64,000 nt of DNA from an uncultured Acidobacteriota bacterium (GTDB taxonomy: Bacteria > Acidobacteriota > Terriglobia > Terriglobales > Acidobacteriaceae): positions 24,989-88,988 of the forward strand of contig CAIQPK010000081.1 of assembly GCA_903873705.1 (NCBI GenBank), in the 5' to 3' direction. The translations under genes and the position numbers were made by a program. How positions within the stretch are numbered: position 1 is the first letter of the stretch; each line of letters opens with the position of its first letter. The notes beneath the pieces are model-generated. The model was not told the DNA's origin. It ran no database searches and was given only the letters and a program-made list of their open reading frames with translations. Shown piece after piece: positions 1 through 10,051 of the stretch.

Positions 1-2797
1 GGACAGCGGGGAGAAGGCTGCGCTCGGCGAGGGTTTGGGAGACGTCGTACTTGTCGGCTTCGAAGCCGAAGGGGCCGGCCATGCCGCAGCAGCCGGAGTC
101 GAGGAGGGAGACGTCGGCGCCGGTGGCGCGGAGGAGGGCCAGTTCGTCCTTCATGGTCATGAGGGCTTTTTGATGGCAGTGGCCGTGAACGACAATGCGC
201 TGGTTGGGTAGTTGGGGTGGATGGTAGCCGGGAGTTTCGGCGAGGGCCTGGCTGAGCATGATGGTTTGCTTGCTGAGCATGAGGGCGCGTGGGTCGTTGG
301 GGAAGAAGTTGGTGAGCTCGTCGCGGAAGACGCTGGCGCAACTGGGTTCGAGCATGACGACGGGAGTGCCGGCGAGGATCTGTTCTTCGAAAGTGTCGAG
401 AATGCGGAGCAGGTAGCGGCGGGCTTCGTCGAGGAGGCCGAAGTCGTATAGCGGGCGGCCGCAGCAGATGTGATTGCGGGGGACGGTGACGTGGTGGCCG
501 GCGGTGGTGAGGACTTGTGCGGCGGCGTGCAGGGCGGAGGGGTGGAAGTAGTTGTTCCAGGTGTCGGGCCAGAGGATGACGCTGCTTTGCGCAGCGTGCG
601 GGGGCTGGGTGCGGAAGGCGCTGCGGAAGTTCTTTGCGGCGAAGCGCGGCAGGTTGCGCTGCGGCGCGATGTGCAGCAGCGACTTGATGCGGTTGTTGAT
701 GGCGGGAATGCCGAGCGGCAGGTTGGCGAGCGTGGGAGCGTAGGAGGCGACAGCGGCCCAGCGGTCCATGTAGCCGAAGGCGTAGTGCGCGAGCGGGCGG
801 TGCTGGCCGTCGTAGTGGTGGGCGAGGAATTCGGATTTCCAGGTGGCCATGTCGACGTTGACGGGGCACTCGGTTTTGCAGGCCTTGCAGGAGAGGCAGA
901 GGTCGAGGGCTTCTTTGACTTCGGTGTTGCGCCAGCCGTCCTTGATGACGTTGCCCTGCATCATTTCCCAGAGCAGGTGGGCGCGGCCGCGGGTGGAGTG
1001 CTTTTCTTCGCGGGTGGCCATGTAGCTGGGGCACATGGTTCCGGTATCGACTTTGCGGCAGGCGCCGACGCCGACGCAGCGGGTGGTGGCGTCGGAGAAG
1101 GAGCCGTGATTGCTGGCGTAGGAGAAGTGGGTTTTGAGCTTGGCGGGGGTGTAGCCGGGGCCGATGCGGAGGTTTTCGGTGGCGTCGTAGACCGCGATGG
1201 GGTCGATGAGCTTGCCGGGGTTCATGCGGTTGGTGGGGTCCCAGAGGGCTTTGAATTCGGCGAAGGCCTGCATGAGTTCGGGGCCGAACATTTTGGGGAG
1301 GAGGCAGGCGCGGGACTGGCCGTCGCCGTGCTCGCCGGAGAAGGAGCCGCCGTATTTGAGGACGAGGTCGGCGGCCTGGTCGATGAAGCGGCGGTAGAGG
1401 GCAACGCCTTGGTGGGTTTCGAAGTCGAAGGTGATGCGGAGGTGGACGCAGCCCTGGCCGAAGTGGCCGTACATGGGCGTGCGGTAGCCATAGCTGTCGA
1501 TGAGCGCGAAGAGCTCGCGGAGGTATTGGCCGAGGAATTCGGGGCGGACGGCGGAGTCTTCCCAGCCTTCCCAGCCGCTCTTTTCACCGGGGACGAAGAC
1601 GGTGGCGCCGAGAGCGGACTCGCGGACTTTCCAGACACGAGCGGCTTGTTCCGCGGTGTAGAAGCCGATGGTGGGGACGTGCTCGAAGGTGGCGGCGGCA
1701 GTGACGAGGGCCTGGGCCATGGCGTCGACTTCGGCGGGTGAGTCGGCGCCGAACTCGCAGAGGAGGAAGCCCTGGCCGGCGGGGAGAAGCTTGACGTCGT
1801 CGACGGCGAGGTTCTTGCGGAGCATGAATTCGACGAGCAGGCCGTCGAAGCCTTCGAGGCCGATTGGGTTGAAGGCCAGCACCGCAGGAACGTGGTCGGC
1901 GGCGATGAAGGGGTCGGCGAAACCGAGGGCGACGAGGCGGCGGCATTGCGGGCTGGGCTTGAGCTCGCAGTGGGCTTGGAGGATGGTGACGCAGGTGCCT
2001 TCGGAGCCGACGAGGGCGCGGGCGACGTTGAAGCCGTTTTCGGGCAGGAGCTGGTCGAGGTTGTAGCCGGAGACGCGGCGGGGGATATCGGGGAAGCGCT
2101 CGCGGACGAGGGCGGCGTAGGTGTCGCGGAGACGGCGGAGGCCGGCGTAGATTTCTCCACGGCGGCCACCGGCGGCGATGATGGCGTTTAGCTCGGGCTC
2201 GGGTGTGGGGCCGACGGTGAGGCGGGTGCCGTCGTAGAGAAGGATGTCGAGCGCGGTAATGTTGTCGACGGTTTTGCCGCCCATGAGGGCGTGGACGCCG
2301 CAGGAGTTGTTGCCGATCATGCCGCCGAGGGTGCAGCGGCTGTGGGTGGCGGGGTCGGGCGCGAAGGTGAGCTCGTGCTTTTCGGCTTCGGCACGGAGCG
2401 CGTCGAGAACGATGCCGGGCTGGACGCTGGCGGTGCGAGCGGCGGGGTCGAGTGCGGTGATGTTGCCGAGGTATTTGGAGAAGTCGATAACGACGGCGAC
2501 GTTGCAGCACTGGCCGGAGAGGCTGGTGCCGCCGCCGCGGGAGAGGACGGGTGCGCCGAACGCGCGGCAGGCGGCGAGGGTGGCGACGACGTCGTCGATG
2601 GAGCGCGGGATGACGAGGCCGATGGGGACCTGGCGGTAGTTGGAGGCGTCGGTGGCGTAGAGGGCGCGGGAGGCGTCGTCGAAACGGACTTCGCCGCTGA
2701 CGGTGGCGCGGAGGCGGGCTTCGAGCTGGGCGGAGGCGGAGAAGTCTTCGTGGGGGTGATTGGCGTTGGGCTGGAGGATGGGGAAGGCCGAAGGCAT
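1..2797 (-). CDS. FAD-binding (FAD_binding_4) plus Fe-S/CCG-domain oxidoreductase, YdiJ / D-2-hydroxyacid dehydrogenase-like; C-terminus cut by the window edge
   Basis: Absent from the supplied ORF track because it runs off the left edge. My reverse-strand translation from ATG at 2797 gives MPSAFPILQPNANHPHEDFSASAQLEARLRATVSGEVRFDDASRALYATDASNYRQVPIGLVIPRS...VLSRGGGTSLSGQ (FAD-binding PCMH-type motif). By frame arithmetic the start frame is the same as the frame of the segment I translated at the left edge (position 2), which reads ...GCCGMAGPFGFEADKYDVSQTLAERSLLPAV (cysteine-rich CCG domain); I did not translate the interior codon by codon. Confidence 0.85.
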   Translation of the reverse strand, partial: MPSAFPILQPNANHPHEDFSASAQLEARLRATVSGEVRFDDASRALYATDASNYRQVPIGLVIPRSIDDVVATLAACRAFGAPVLSRGGGTSLSGQCCNVAVVIDFSKYLGNITALDPAARTASVQPGIVLDALRAEAEKHELTFAPDPATHSRCTLGGMIGNNSCGVHALMGGKTVDNITALDILLYDGTRLTVGPTPEPELNAIIAAGGRRGEIYAGLRRLRDTYAALVRERFPDIPRRVSGYNLDQLLPENGFNVARALVGSEGTCVTILQAHCELKPSPQCRRLVALGFADPFIAADHVPAVLAFNPIGLEGFDGLLVEFMLRKNLAVDDVKLLPAGQGFLLCEFGADSPAEVDAMAQALVTAAATFEHVPTIGFYTAEQAARVWKVRESALGATVFVPGEKSGWEGWEDSAVRPEFLGQYLRELFALIDSYGYRTPMYGHFGQGCVHLRITFDFETHQGVALYRRFIDQAADLVLKYGGSFSGEHGDGQSRACLLPKMFGPELMQAFAEFKALWDPTNRMNPGKLIDPIAVYDATENLRIGPGYTPAKLKTHFSYASNHGSFSDATTRCVGVGACRKVDTGTMCPSYMATREEKHSTRGRAHLLWEMMQGNVIKDGWRNTEVKEALDLCLSCKACKTECPVNVDMATWKSEFLAHHYDGQHRPLAHYAFGYMDRWAAVASYAPTLANLPLGIPAINNRIKSLLHIAPQRNLPRFAAKNFRSAFRTQPPHAAQSSVILWPDTWNNYFHPSALHAAAQVLTTAGHHVTVPRNHICCGRPLYDFGLLDEARRYLLRILDTFEEQILAGTPVVMLEPSCASVFRDELTNFFPNDPRALMLSKQTIMLSQALAETPGYHPPQLPNQRIVVHGHCHQKALMTMKDELALLRATGADVSLLDSGCCGMAGPFGFEADKYDVSQTLAERSLLPAV

Positions 2798-3035
2798 GTT
2801 GCGAGTGTGCGGGATGGGGTGGGGGGAAGTCTAGCGGGATGAGGGCTCTCGGTTGAGTGGGAGTAATGAAGGTTCCGATAAGCCGACTTGTCGTTACTAA
2901 TTTGGACCGCGACGAACGATTTATCGCGAATCGAACAAGCGGCGGAAATGTCACAACGTCGTAGTTGCTCAAAACACCGTTTTTCGGGAACGACAAGTCG
3001 ACCAGCCGGAGAAGATCAATTGGGAGAGCGTGGTG

Positions 3036-3509
3036 CTAACTACGTATTTCATTCACCACGGAAGACCATCTGAGGCAAGCGTCATTGAGCCTCCCTAAAA
3101 GGCGTCCAATCTCTTCATCGTCTGCGAACGGGTTTAGCAGGACACTGAGAGCTATATCCGCTTCGCCACTCGGCTTTGCCGACGCCTCAAACAATAGTTC
3201 GGCCTCATTCACTGCCCGGACCTGCACACGCAGATAGACGTCCTCAAACCCTTTTGCTGACTTCAGGCCCGATGCACGATAGCTCGACCAATCTGACATC
3301 TTCTGCATCCGGAGGTCCTCTTCTCGGAAAGAGAACCTTCCAAGCGCCACTCGAAGATGAGATGCAAGTTCGACCGCATTGCGTATTCCGACGGTGAGCG
3401 GAGCGTCCTGTTCGTAGTAGATGCCAGCAGAGTTGTAATGCAGGGGGGCTACGATTGCTGGGCGCTCGCCAGCCAAATAGATAGTAGCCATTCGCAAAGG
3501 AGGCTTCAT
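3036..3509 (-). CDS. hypothetical protein (orphan, in lower-GC islet)
   Basis: Track ORF of 157 aa. Its amino-acid composition is balanced, unlike the Ala/Arg/Pro-rich shadow ORFs. It has non-coding flanks of about 200 bp each, and local GC is visibly lower than the surroundings. I recognised no family. Confidence 0.5.
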   Translation of the reverse strand: MKPPLRMATIYLAGERPAIVAPLHYNSAGIYYEQDAPLTVGIRNAVELASHLRVALGRFSFREEDLRMQKMSDWSSYRASGLKSAKGFEDVYLRVQVRAVNEAELLFEASAKPSGEADIALSVLLNPFADDEEIGRLLGRLNDACLRWSSVVNEIRS

Positions 3510-3743
3510 CAGAGCAAGTGTAATCCCGCTACTCGCGGCGATTCTGTTCAGGATCGAGCAATGTGCCTCCCGCTGGGCGAATCTCTCGTGAAGTCAGGTT
3601 TTCGGCAAGTTCGTTTTGCCTGGGACGATTGCTCCCGATAAACGCCGTTGTCGGAAGTTACGATCGCTTTGGGTGTCCTGATGTAGGCCAAGGCTGAAGC
3701 CTTAGAGGCAAGGGCAACGACGAAGGAGATTGTTGGGAGGCGG

Positions 3744-4478
3744 TTAGTAGGGGCCGGCCGTGGGTTTGGGGTAGGCTTCGCCGAATTTGTTGGTGTGGTG
3801 GCCCATGATGTCGCCGGTGGTGTGGAGGGGGATGGTGCCTAGCTGGGTGTTCTGGGCGGAGATGTCGACGGGGTGGCCGAGGCGGGTGAGGTCGTCGATG
3901 GGCATGTTCTCTGCCCAGACGTTGAGCTGGTAGTGGCCGGGAGGGATGTCGTGGAGGGCAACGCTGCCGTCGCGGGCGGAGATGGCGTAGAAGGGCGTGC
4001 TGAGGGCGACAACGACTGCGCCCATCTGGGGGTGGATGTTGCAGAAGATGTAGGAGACGCCTTCGCGGTCGAAGCGGACGGTTTTGCGGGTGTGGGCTTC
4101 GTAGAGGCCGAGGTCGAAGCGCTGGCCGTTGAACATGGAGAAGACGTTGTGGAAGAAGGGGTCGAGGTTGGGGAAGTTGATGCTGCTGCCGGTGGGGACG
4201 ACGAGCATGTGCGGGGTGAACTGCTTGTCCTTCTGCGCGAGGGTGTACTCCTGCGTTTTGCGGACGGGCAGGGGAATGCTCTTGTCGAGCGGCGTGAGCC
4301 AGACGACGACGTCTGCCGCCGAGGAAGCTTTCTTCGCTTCGTGATGCGTGACTTCTATGCGTGCCGTGACGTCGACGTTCTGCGACCAGGCGGAGAGTGC
4401 GGCAGCGGCGGCGAAGAGCAGGGCGCCGAGGTGGAGAGCTGTTCTGCGCCTGCGTTGGAAGGTAGGGGACGGAGTCAT
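3744..4478 (-). CDS. secreted cupredoxin-domain protein with amicyanin-like type-1 copper loop
   Basis: Track ORF 3744..4763 trimmed to ATG 4478, giving MTPSPTFQRRRRTALHLGALLFAAAAALSAWSQ (signal peptide). FCNIHPQM is Cys-x2-His-x2-Met, as in the amicyanin loop CTPHPFM. The start lies 2 nt after the stop of the upstream porin gene. Confidence 0.75.
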   Translation of the reverse strand: MTPSPTFQRRRRTALHLGALLFAAAAALSAWSQNVDVTARIEVTHHEAKKASSAADVVVWLTPLDKSIPLPVRKTQEYTLAQKDKQFTPHMLVVPTGSSINFPNLDPFFHNVFSMFNGQRFDLGLYEAHTRKTVRFDREGVSYIFCNIHPQMGAVVVALSTPFYAISARDGSVALHDIPPGHYQLNVWAENMPIDDLTRLGHPVDISAQNTQLGTIPLHTTGDIMGHHTNKFGEAYPKPTAGPY

Positions 4479-4480
4479 GT

Positions 4481-6079
4481 TCAGAATTGGTACCCCACGC
4501 TGAGGGTGAAAATGTTGGCGATGTTGGCTGGGCCGGTGTAGGGCCAGGTGAGCAGGCGGCGATACTCGGGCGAGAAGATGAGGTAGCTCCTGGGGCGAAA
4601 GATGATATTGCCGATGGTGGTCTGGGAGCGGGCGGCGTAGGTTTGGACACTGGTGCCTGACGGCAGGTTGAGTTTGTCGAAGGTGCCGGAGTAGGCGTCG
4701 TCCATACCGAAAACGGCATTGGCTTCGAGGATGGGCGAGAAGCGTGTTTTGAGCTGCGACCATCCTCCTGCGGCGTCGACGCCGACGATGGTGGCAAGGC
4801 CGGTGGTGATGCTGGTGCCGGAGAGGACGTCTTTGTATTGCCCGCCGCCGAGGCCGCCGATGGCGTTGCCGCGATAGAGCTCGCCGCTGAAGTCGAACCA
4901 GCGGGTGAGCGGGACCTGCCAGTCTGCGGTGGCGGCCCAGGCGTGGATGTTGCTATTGCTCTTGTAGAACTGGCTGGCGGTGTAGGCGCCGATGCCGAGG
5001 ATGAGCGAACGGTCGGCGAGGCCGGTGAGGTCGCTGCGCCAGGAGAGGCGGCCTTCAACGCCGGGGCGTCGCGAGGCTTGCACGGTGCTATCGAACTGGA
5101 CGGCAGTGTAGCCGGAGGACTGCGGAGAAATGAGGCCGCCTTCGATGGCCAGGCCGCGCTGGCCGGAGATGGGGATGCGCTGCTCAAAGCGGACTTGCGG
5201 TGACCAGACCCAGAGATTTCCGGAACCGGAAAGGGCGGGCTCGGCTACGTTGGCGAACGAAGTGGGCGAAAAGGGAGAGATGAGCGGCGAGGTGTAGCCG
5301 ACCTGGAGGAGGGCTTTGGGCCAGTCGAGGTTGATGGTGACCTGGCGCATGCGGATGATGCCGGCCGCGGAGGTGTAGCCGGCGCTGTTGGTGGAGACAC
5401 CGCCGAAGAAGTCGACGCTGACGCTGGCGGAGGTGTGTGCGGCGGCGAGGGTGGGGCCGGTGGCCTCAAAGCCGAGCAGCGACTGTTGCAGCGTGCCGCC
5501 AAGGCTGCCGTGCGCGCTACCTGGATAGCGCTGCAAGGCGAGCGTGGGGAGGGAAACGTTGTCGACGACGCCGGCGTTGGCGAAGGCGTTGAAGAGCGCA
5601 AGGCCGTTGACGCGCAGACGATACTTTGACGAGGTTTCGACCTTGGTCTGGTCGAGTTGTTTGACCTCGGCTTCGAGGACTTGCTGCTTCTCTTTCAGGG
5701 CCGTGATTTCTTCTGCCTGTGAAGACGATGAGGGCGTGGCGGCGATGACCGCGGCGGGTGGCGTGGCGGGATCAGGTTGCAGCTGGGCGCGCTGGGCGTT
5801 GAGGGCGTCTAGCTCGGCGCGGAGGCGCTGGATTTCCTGTAGCGATTGCTCGAGGGTCTTCTGCGTCTGGTCAAGAGCGGCAGTGACTTCGCTGAGGCGG
5901 CGGTCCATCTCGGCGAGGCGCTGGGCGTCGGCGGTGGATGCGGGCTGAGTGGGAGTGGGAGACTGTGCGCGGAGCGAGGCTGTAGTCGAGAGACCGAGAC
6001 AGAGAGCGAGCACGGATAGGCGCAGCCTGCGGGCGGCGTTTTTCCGGCTTCGGCACTCGCTCCGTCCTGCGCGCTTCAT
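4481..6079 (-). CDS. outer-membrane beta-barrel (porin-like) protein with N-terminal coiled coil
   Basis: 532 aa. It has a signal peptide and a coiled-coil stretch of about 100 aa (LEQSLQEIQRLRAELDALNAQRAQL...EKQQVLEAEVKQLDQ). A Gly/Ser/Tyr-rich alternating-strand region follows, ending ...TLSVGYQF (C-terminal Phe typical of OM barrels). Confidence 0.7.
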   Translation of the reverse strand: MKRAGRSECRSRKNAARRLRLSVLALCLGLSTTASLRAQSPTPTQPASTADAQRLAEMDRRLSEVTAALDQTQKTLEQSLQEIQRLRAELDALNAQRAQLQPDPATPPAAVIAATPSSSSQAEEITALKEKQQVLEAEVKQLDQTKVETSSKYRLRVNGLALFNAFANAGVVDNVSLPTLALQRYPGSAHGSLGGTLQQSLLGFEATGPTLAAAHTSASVSVDFFGGVSTNSAGYTSAAGIIRMRQVTINLDWPKALLQVGYTSPLISPFSPTSFANVAEPALSGSGNLWVWSPQVRFEQRIPISGQRGLAIEGGLISPQSSGYTAVQFDSTVQASRRPGVEGRLSWRSDLTGLADRSLILGIGAYTASQFYKSNSNIHAWAATADWQVPLTRWFDFSGELYRGNAIGGLGGGQYKDVLSGTSITTGLATIVGVDAAGGWSQLKTRFSPILEANAVFGMDDAYSGTFDKLNLPSGTSVQTYAARSQTTIGNIIFRPRSYLIFSPEYRRLLTWPYTGPANIANIFTLSVGYQF

Positions 6080-7896
6080 CTGTGCTCCTGCTCGACTTCG
6101 ACGTTGAAATCTGACATGGCTGCATCGGCAGACGGATTGGCGTCTGCGGCGTTGCGTGCCAGGGACTGTAAGGCGTTCTTATAGAGCAGGATACTGAAAA
6201 TCGTGTTGCCGGGCTCGCTGTGTTCGAGTTTAACTTCGCCGCCGTGTTCCTGGGCGACGTGTTGCGCCACCGTGAGGCCCAGGCCGACGCCCGAAACCTT
6301 GCCGGAACTGACGAAGGGCTGGAAGAGGGTGCTGCGGATAGTAGGGGCGACGCCGGGACCGGTGTCGGCGATGGCGATGCGGATGCGCTCGTGGTCTTCG
6401 ATGAGGGTGAGGGTGACAGATGCGGGGCCGCTGCGGCTGCGGGCCGACTGGCAGGCGTTGAGGACGAGGTTGTAGAGGGCGCGGCTAATCTTGGTGCCGT
6501 CGACGTTGGCTTCTACGGACTGGAGGTCGCGGGCGATGACCTGTACGTCGCGGGCGTCGGGGTGCTGGCGAACGGAGTGGACGGTGCGGTCTACAAGGCC
6601 CGCAAGAGACTCTTGTTGGATATGCAGGATCTGGCCGGTGCGGCCGAAGAGGAGGAGCGACTCGATGAGGTCGGTCATGTCGCGGACGGCTTCTTTGACC
6701 TCGAGGAGCAGCTCGACGCGCTCGTCGGCGCCGGTGTTGGCGAGGCTCATGAACTCGGCGTTGGCGTAGATGGCGGAGAGGTGGTGGCGGAGGTCGTGGG
6801 AGACGGAGCTGGCCATGCGGCCGATGGTGGCGAGACGGTCGGATTCGAGGAGCTCGCGCTGGGTGCGTTTGACTTCGTCGCGCATGCGCTCGAAGGCCAG
6901 GCCGAGCTCGCGGACTTCGACGGCGCCTTCGGTGTTGAGCTGGTAGTTGAAGTCGCCGCGGCCGAGTGCGCGGGCGCCGGCGACGAGGGCTTCAAGGGGA
7001 CGCGTGACGGTGCGCGAGATAGCGGCGGCGAGGGCGAGGCCGATGAGCAGCGTGGAGAGGCCGAGGATGAGGATCCACTGGTTGACGCGGCGGAGGTATT
7101 GGCTGGCGCGATCGTATGACTTGAGGACGACGAGCTCCGCCTTGACGTTGCAGGCGGCGGGCAAGGTGGAGCTCTGGGCGATGTAGATTTCGCGCTGGAG
7201 CGAGATGCGCTGCGGGGCGGCGGCGGTGAAAGTGGGGATGAGGCTGCGGAGCGCGCTGCGGCGGTCCTGGGGGAGGGTGGTGGCGGCAACGTCGCCGTCG
7301 ACGACGAAGGCGACTTCCGCAGCGGCGACGTCCGAGACTTCGCGGGCGACCTGCTGGTCGATGGCGTAGCCGAGGATGACGTAGCCGAGCTGCGAACCGT
7401 TGGAGGGAGGACCGAAGTAGAGCGGCTGGATGGAAAGGGTGTAGAGGCTCTGGCCGAAGGCGACCATGCAGGGCTCTTCAGGGCGGGCCATGCAGGCCTG
7501 CACGCCACGGCGTACGAGGGGATCGTTGAGGCCGTGCTCGCGGCTGGAGTAGGTGAAAAGCGCACCGGACGGAGCGGCGAGGCCGAAAAAGTCGCTGCCG
7601 CTGGTCTGCCAGAACTCTTCGCCGCCATCCTGGATGGTGCGGCTGTCCTGCGAGGCCATGAGGGCCTTCAGGCTGGGGAGATCGGCCATGAGCGAGGCTT
7701 CGCGAACGAGCATCTGGTCGCGCTGCTGGGCGATGTTGCGGAAGGTACTGAGGGAGTGGTCGAGGTCGGAGCTGAGGCCCTTGCGGATCTCCTGCTGCAC
7801 ACTGACGCGGATGATGAGCAGGCACGTTGCGGTGAGCCCGAGCGAGACTGCGAGGAGCGAGACCATCAAGGTCGACCGCATGCGCCACTGATTCAT
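6076..7896 (-). CDS. sensor histidine kinase (periplasmic sensor, HAMP, HisKA, HATPase_c)
   Basis: 606 aa with two TM segments flanking a sensor domain of about 250 aa. H-box SHDLRHHLSAIYANAEF; ATP-binding boxes LVLNACQS, DTGPGV, GVGLGLTVAQHVAQEHGG. 4-nt overlap with the downstream porin gene. Confidence 0.9.
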   Translation of the reverse strand: MNQWRMRSTLMVSLLAVSLGLTATCLLIIRVSVQQEIRKGLSSDLDHSLSTFRNIAQQRDQMLVREASLMADLPSLKALMASQDSRTIQDGGEEFWQTSGSDFFGLAAPSGALFTYSSREHGLNDPLVRRGVQACMARPEEPCMVAFGQSLYTLSIQPLYFGPPSNGSQLGYVILGYAIDQQVAREVSDVAAAEVAFVVDGDVAATTLPQDRRSALRSLIPTFTAAAPQRISLQREIYIAQSSTLPAACNVKAELVVLKSYDRASQYLRRVNQWILILGLSTLLIGLALAAAISRTVTRPLEALVAGARALGRGDFNYQLNTEGAVEVRELGLAFERMRDEVKRTQRELLESDRLATIGRMASSVSHDLRHHLSAIYANAEFMSLANTGADERVELLLEVKEAVRDMTDLIESLLLFGRTGQILHIQQESLAGLVDRTVHSVRQHPDARDVQVIARDLQSVEANVDGTKISRALYNLVLNACQSARSRSGPASVTLTLIEDHERIRIAIADTGPGVAPTIRSTLFQPFVSSGKVSGVGLGLTVAQHVAQEHGGEVKLEHSEPGNTIFSILLYKNALQSLARNAADANPSADAAMSDFNVEVEQEHR

Positions 7897-7926
7897 TACG
7901 TCGCCATTTTCTCGCGGGTTGGTGTC

Positions 7927-8616
<690 letters not shown>

Positions 8617-8740
8617 GTTCCTGTCGAGTGGCGGTTGGAGATCGCTCTCAGAGAGATTTTCTTCTCTTAGTCTTCACCACTGAAAGCGGCGATTAAGCGA
8701 AGATAGTGTTTTTCTGACAAAGAAGTGACAAATGAGGGCG

Positions 8741-10051
8741 TCAGCATTGCGGGTTGTGAAGAGCTTGGATCTCAGAGGTGTTGAGCTCGGCAAGGCGAAT
8801 GGGTTGAGGGGTGAGGGCGGGAGATTTGAGGTTTGAGGTGGCGAGCGGTTGGTGGGCAATGCGTTGGAAAAAGACGGCGGCGATGACGGCGAGGATGGCG
8901 AGGACGGCGAGCATCGCAGGATAGCCGAAGCGGACGATGCCGGCGCCGATGCTGGCTGACGCGATGACCTGCACGCCGGCGCTGACGAAAAACATGTAGG
9001 AGGAGGCGCTGTTGCGTTCGGACTCGGGGGTCTGGTCCATGAGCAGGCTGAAGATGCCGGGTTCGCTGATGTTCTGCATGGCCATGTAGGTGCAGTAGAT
9101 GACGAGTGCTCCGCCGACGGTGTGGAGCATGGCGAGGACGCCGAGGGTGAGGGCGGTGGCGAGTTGGGTGAGCATGACGCCGAAGGTGAGGCCGGCTCGA
9201 CGGAAGAGGAGTGGAGCGACGAGGACCGCGGCGAATTGGAGGGCCTGGGAAAGCGAGAAGATGGTGCCCATGCGCTGCAGCGAGACACCGAGGTGGTGAA
9301 CAAAGTAGACGTTGGCGAAGGGCGGGAAGGAGCCGGTGACGAGTCCCCAGACCGCCATGGCAGGGAGGAAGCGGCGGAGGAAGGGGTTGGAGAGGTGGGC
9401 GAGCTTCTTCTTCGGCGCGCCGGTGCGGAGCTTGAGGCGCATGAACAAGGGCAGCGAGAGGATGACGACGGCGCAGGCGAGGAGCAGGGATTCGCGCATG
9501 GCCTGGGTGGTGGAGATGGGCGTGCCGGTTTGGAGCGCCTGGAGCCAGGCGGGGAGGCGTCCGGCGATGAATCCGCCGAGACCGGTGACGCCGATGCCTG
9601 AGGCGAAGGTGAGGCTGAAGGCGAAGGGGCGCTGTTCTTCGGTGGTGAAGCCGGCAACGGCGGGACCCATGCTGACCGTCCAGCAGGACATGGCCATACC
9701 GGTGAGCAGTGCGGCGGCGTACTGCATGGGCGGGGCGATGATCCAGACGCGCAGCGCATTGCAGATGATGGCGGCGGTGACGGCCGTGGTGAGGGTGCGG
9801 GCGAGGCCATAGCGTTGCGCGATGATGCCGGCGGGAAGCGTCCCGATGAGCGAGCCGATGCCGACGAGTGAACCGATGAGACCGAGCGAGCGCTCGGTCA
9901 TGCCGCAGTTGATGAGGTAAAGGTTGAAGAGGAAGAAAGTGATGGAGAAGCCGAGGTTGAAGAAGATTGCGGCGGAAAAGTACGTCCAGAACTGGCCTCG
10001 GGGAGCGGAGGTGAGCCAGCGGCCGTGCAGATGGCGGAGGCGTTGCTTCAT
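8741..10051 (-). CDS. MFS transporter
   Basis: 436 aa with about 12 hydrophobic helices. MFS loop motif GIIAQRYGLARTL. ATGA overlap with the upstream kinase-like gene. Confidence 0.85.
   Translation of the reverse strand: MKQRLRHLHGRWLTSAPRGQFWTYFSAAIFFNLGFSITFFLFNLYLINCGMTERSLGLIGSLVGIGSLIGTLPAGIIAQRYGLARTLTTAVTAAIICNALRVWIIAPPMQYAAALLTGMAMSCWTVSMGPAVAGFTTEEQRPFAFSLTFASGIGVTGLGGFIAGRLPAWLQALQTGTPISTTQAMRESLLLACAVVILSLPLFMRLKLRTGAPKKKLAHLSNPFLRRFLPAMAVWGLVTGSFPPFANVYFVHHLGVSLQRMGTIFSLSQALQFAAVLVAPLLFRRAGLTFGVMLTQLATALTLGVLAMLHTVGGALVIYCTYMAMQNISEPGIFSLLMDQTPESERNSASSYMFFVSAGVQVIASASIGAGIVRFGYPAMLAVLAILAVIAAVFFQRIAHQPLATSNLKSPALTPQPIRLAELNTSEIQALHNPQC

Noticed and set aside
470-2996. Long ORFs 470..1741 (+), 1222..2169 (-) and 1584..2996 (-) with Gly/Ala/Val- or Arg/Pro-rich translations.
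   Set aside because: These are shadow frames of the real minus-strand FAD/Fe-S oxidoreductase gene (1..2797). Their composition is typical of off-frame translation of high-GC coding DNA, and they have no motifs.
3658-5187. 509-aa ORF and similar long Ser/Pro/Arg-rich ORFs elsewhere (e.g. 8674..9810, 17351..18460, 35727..37112, 47097..49385, 49651..50901, 59028..60404, 61207..62523).
   Set aside because: All overlap well-supported genes in another frame or on the other strand. Their biased low-complexity composition marks them as GC-driven spurious ORFs.
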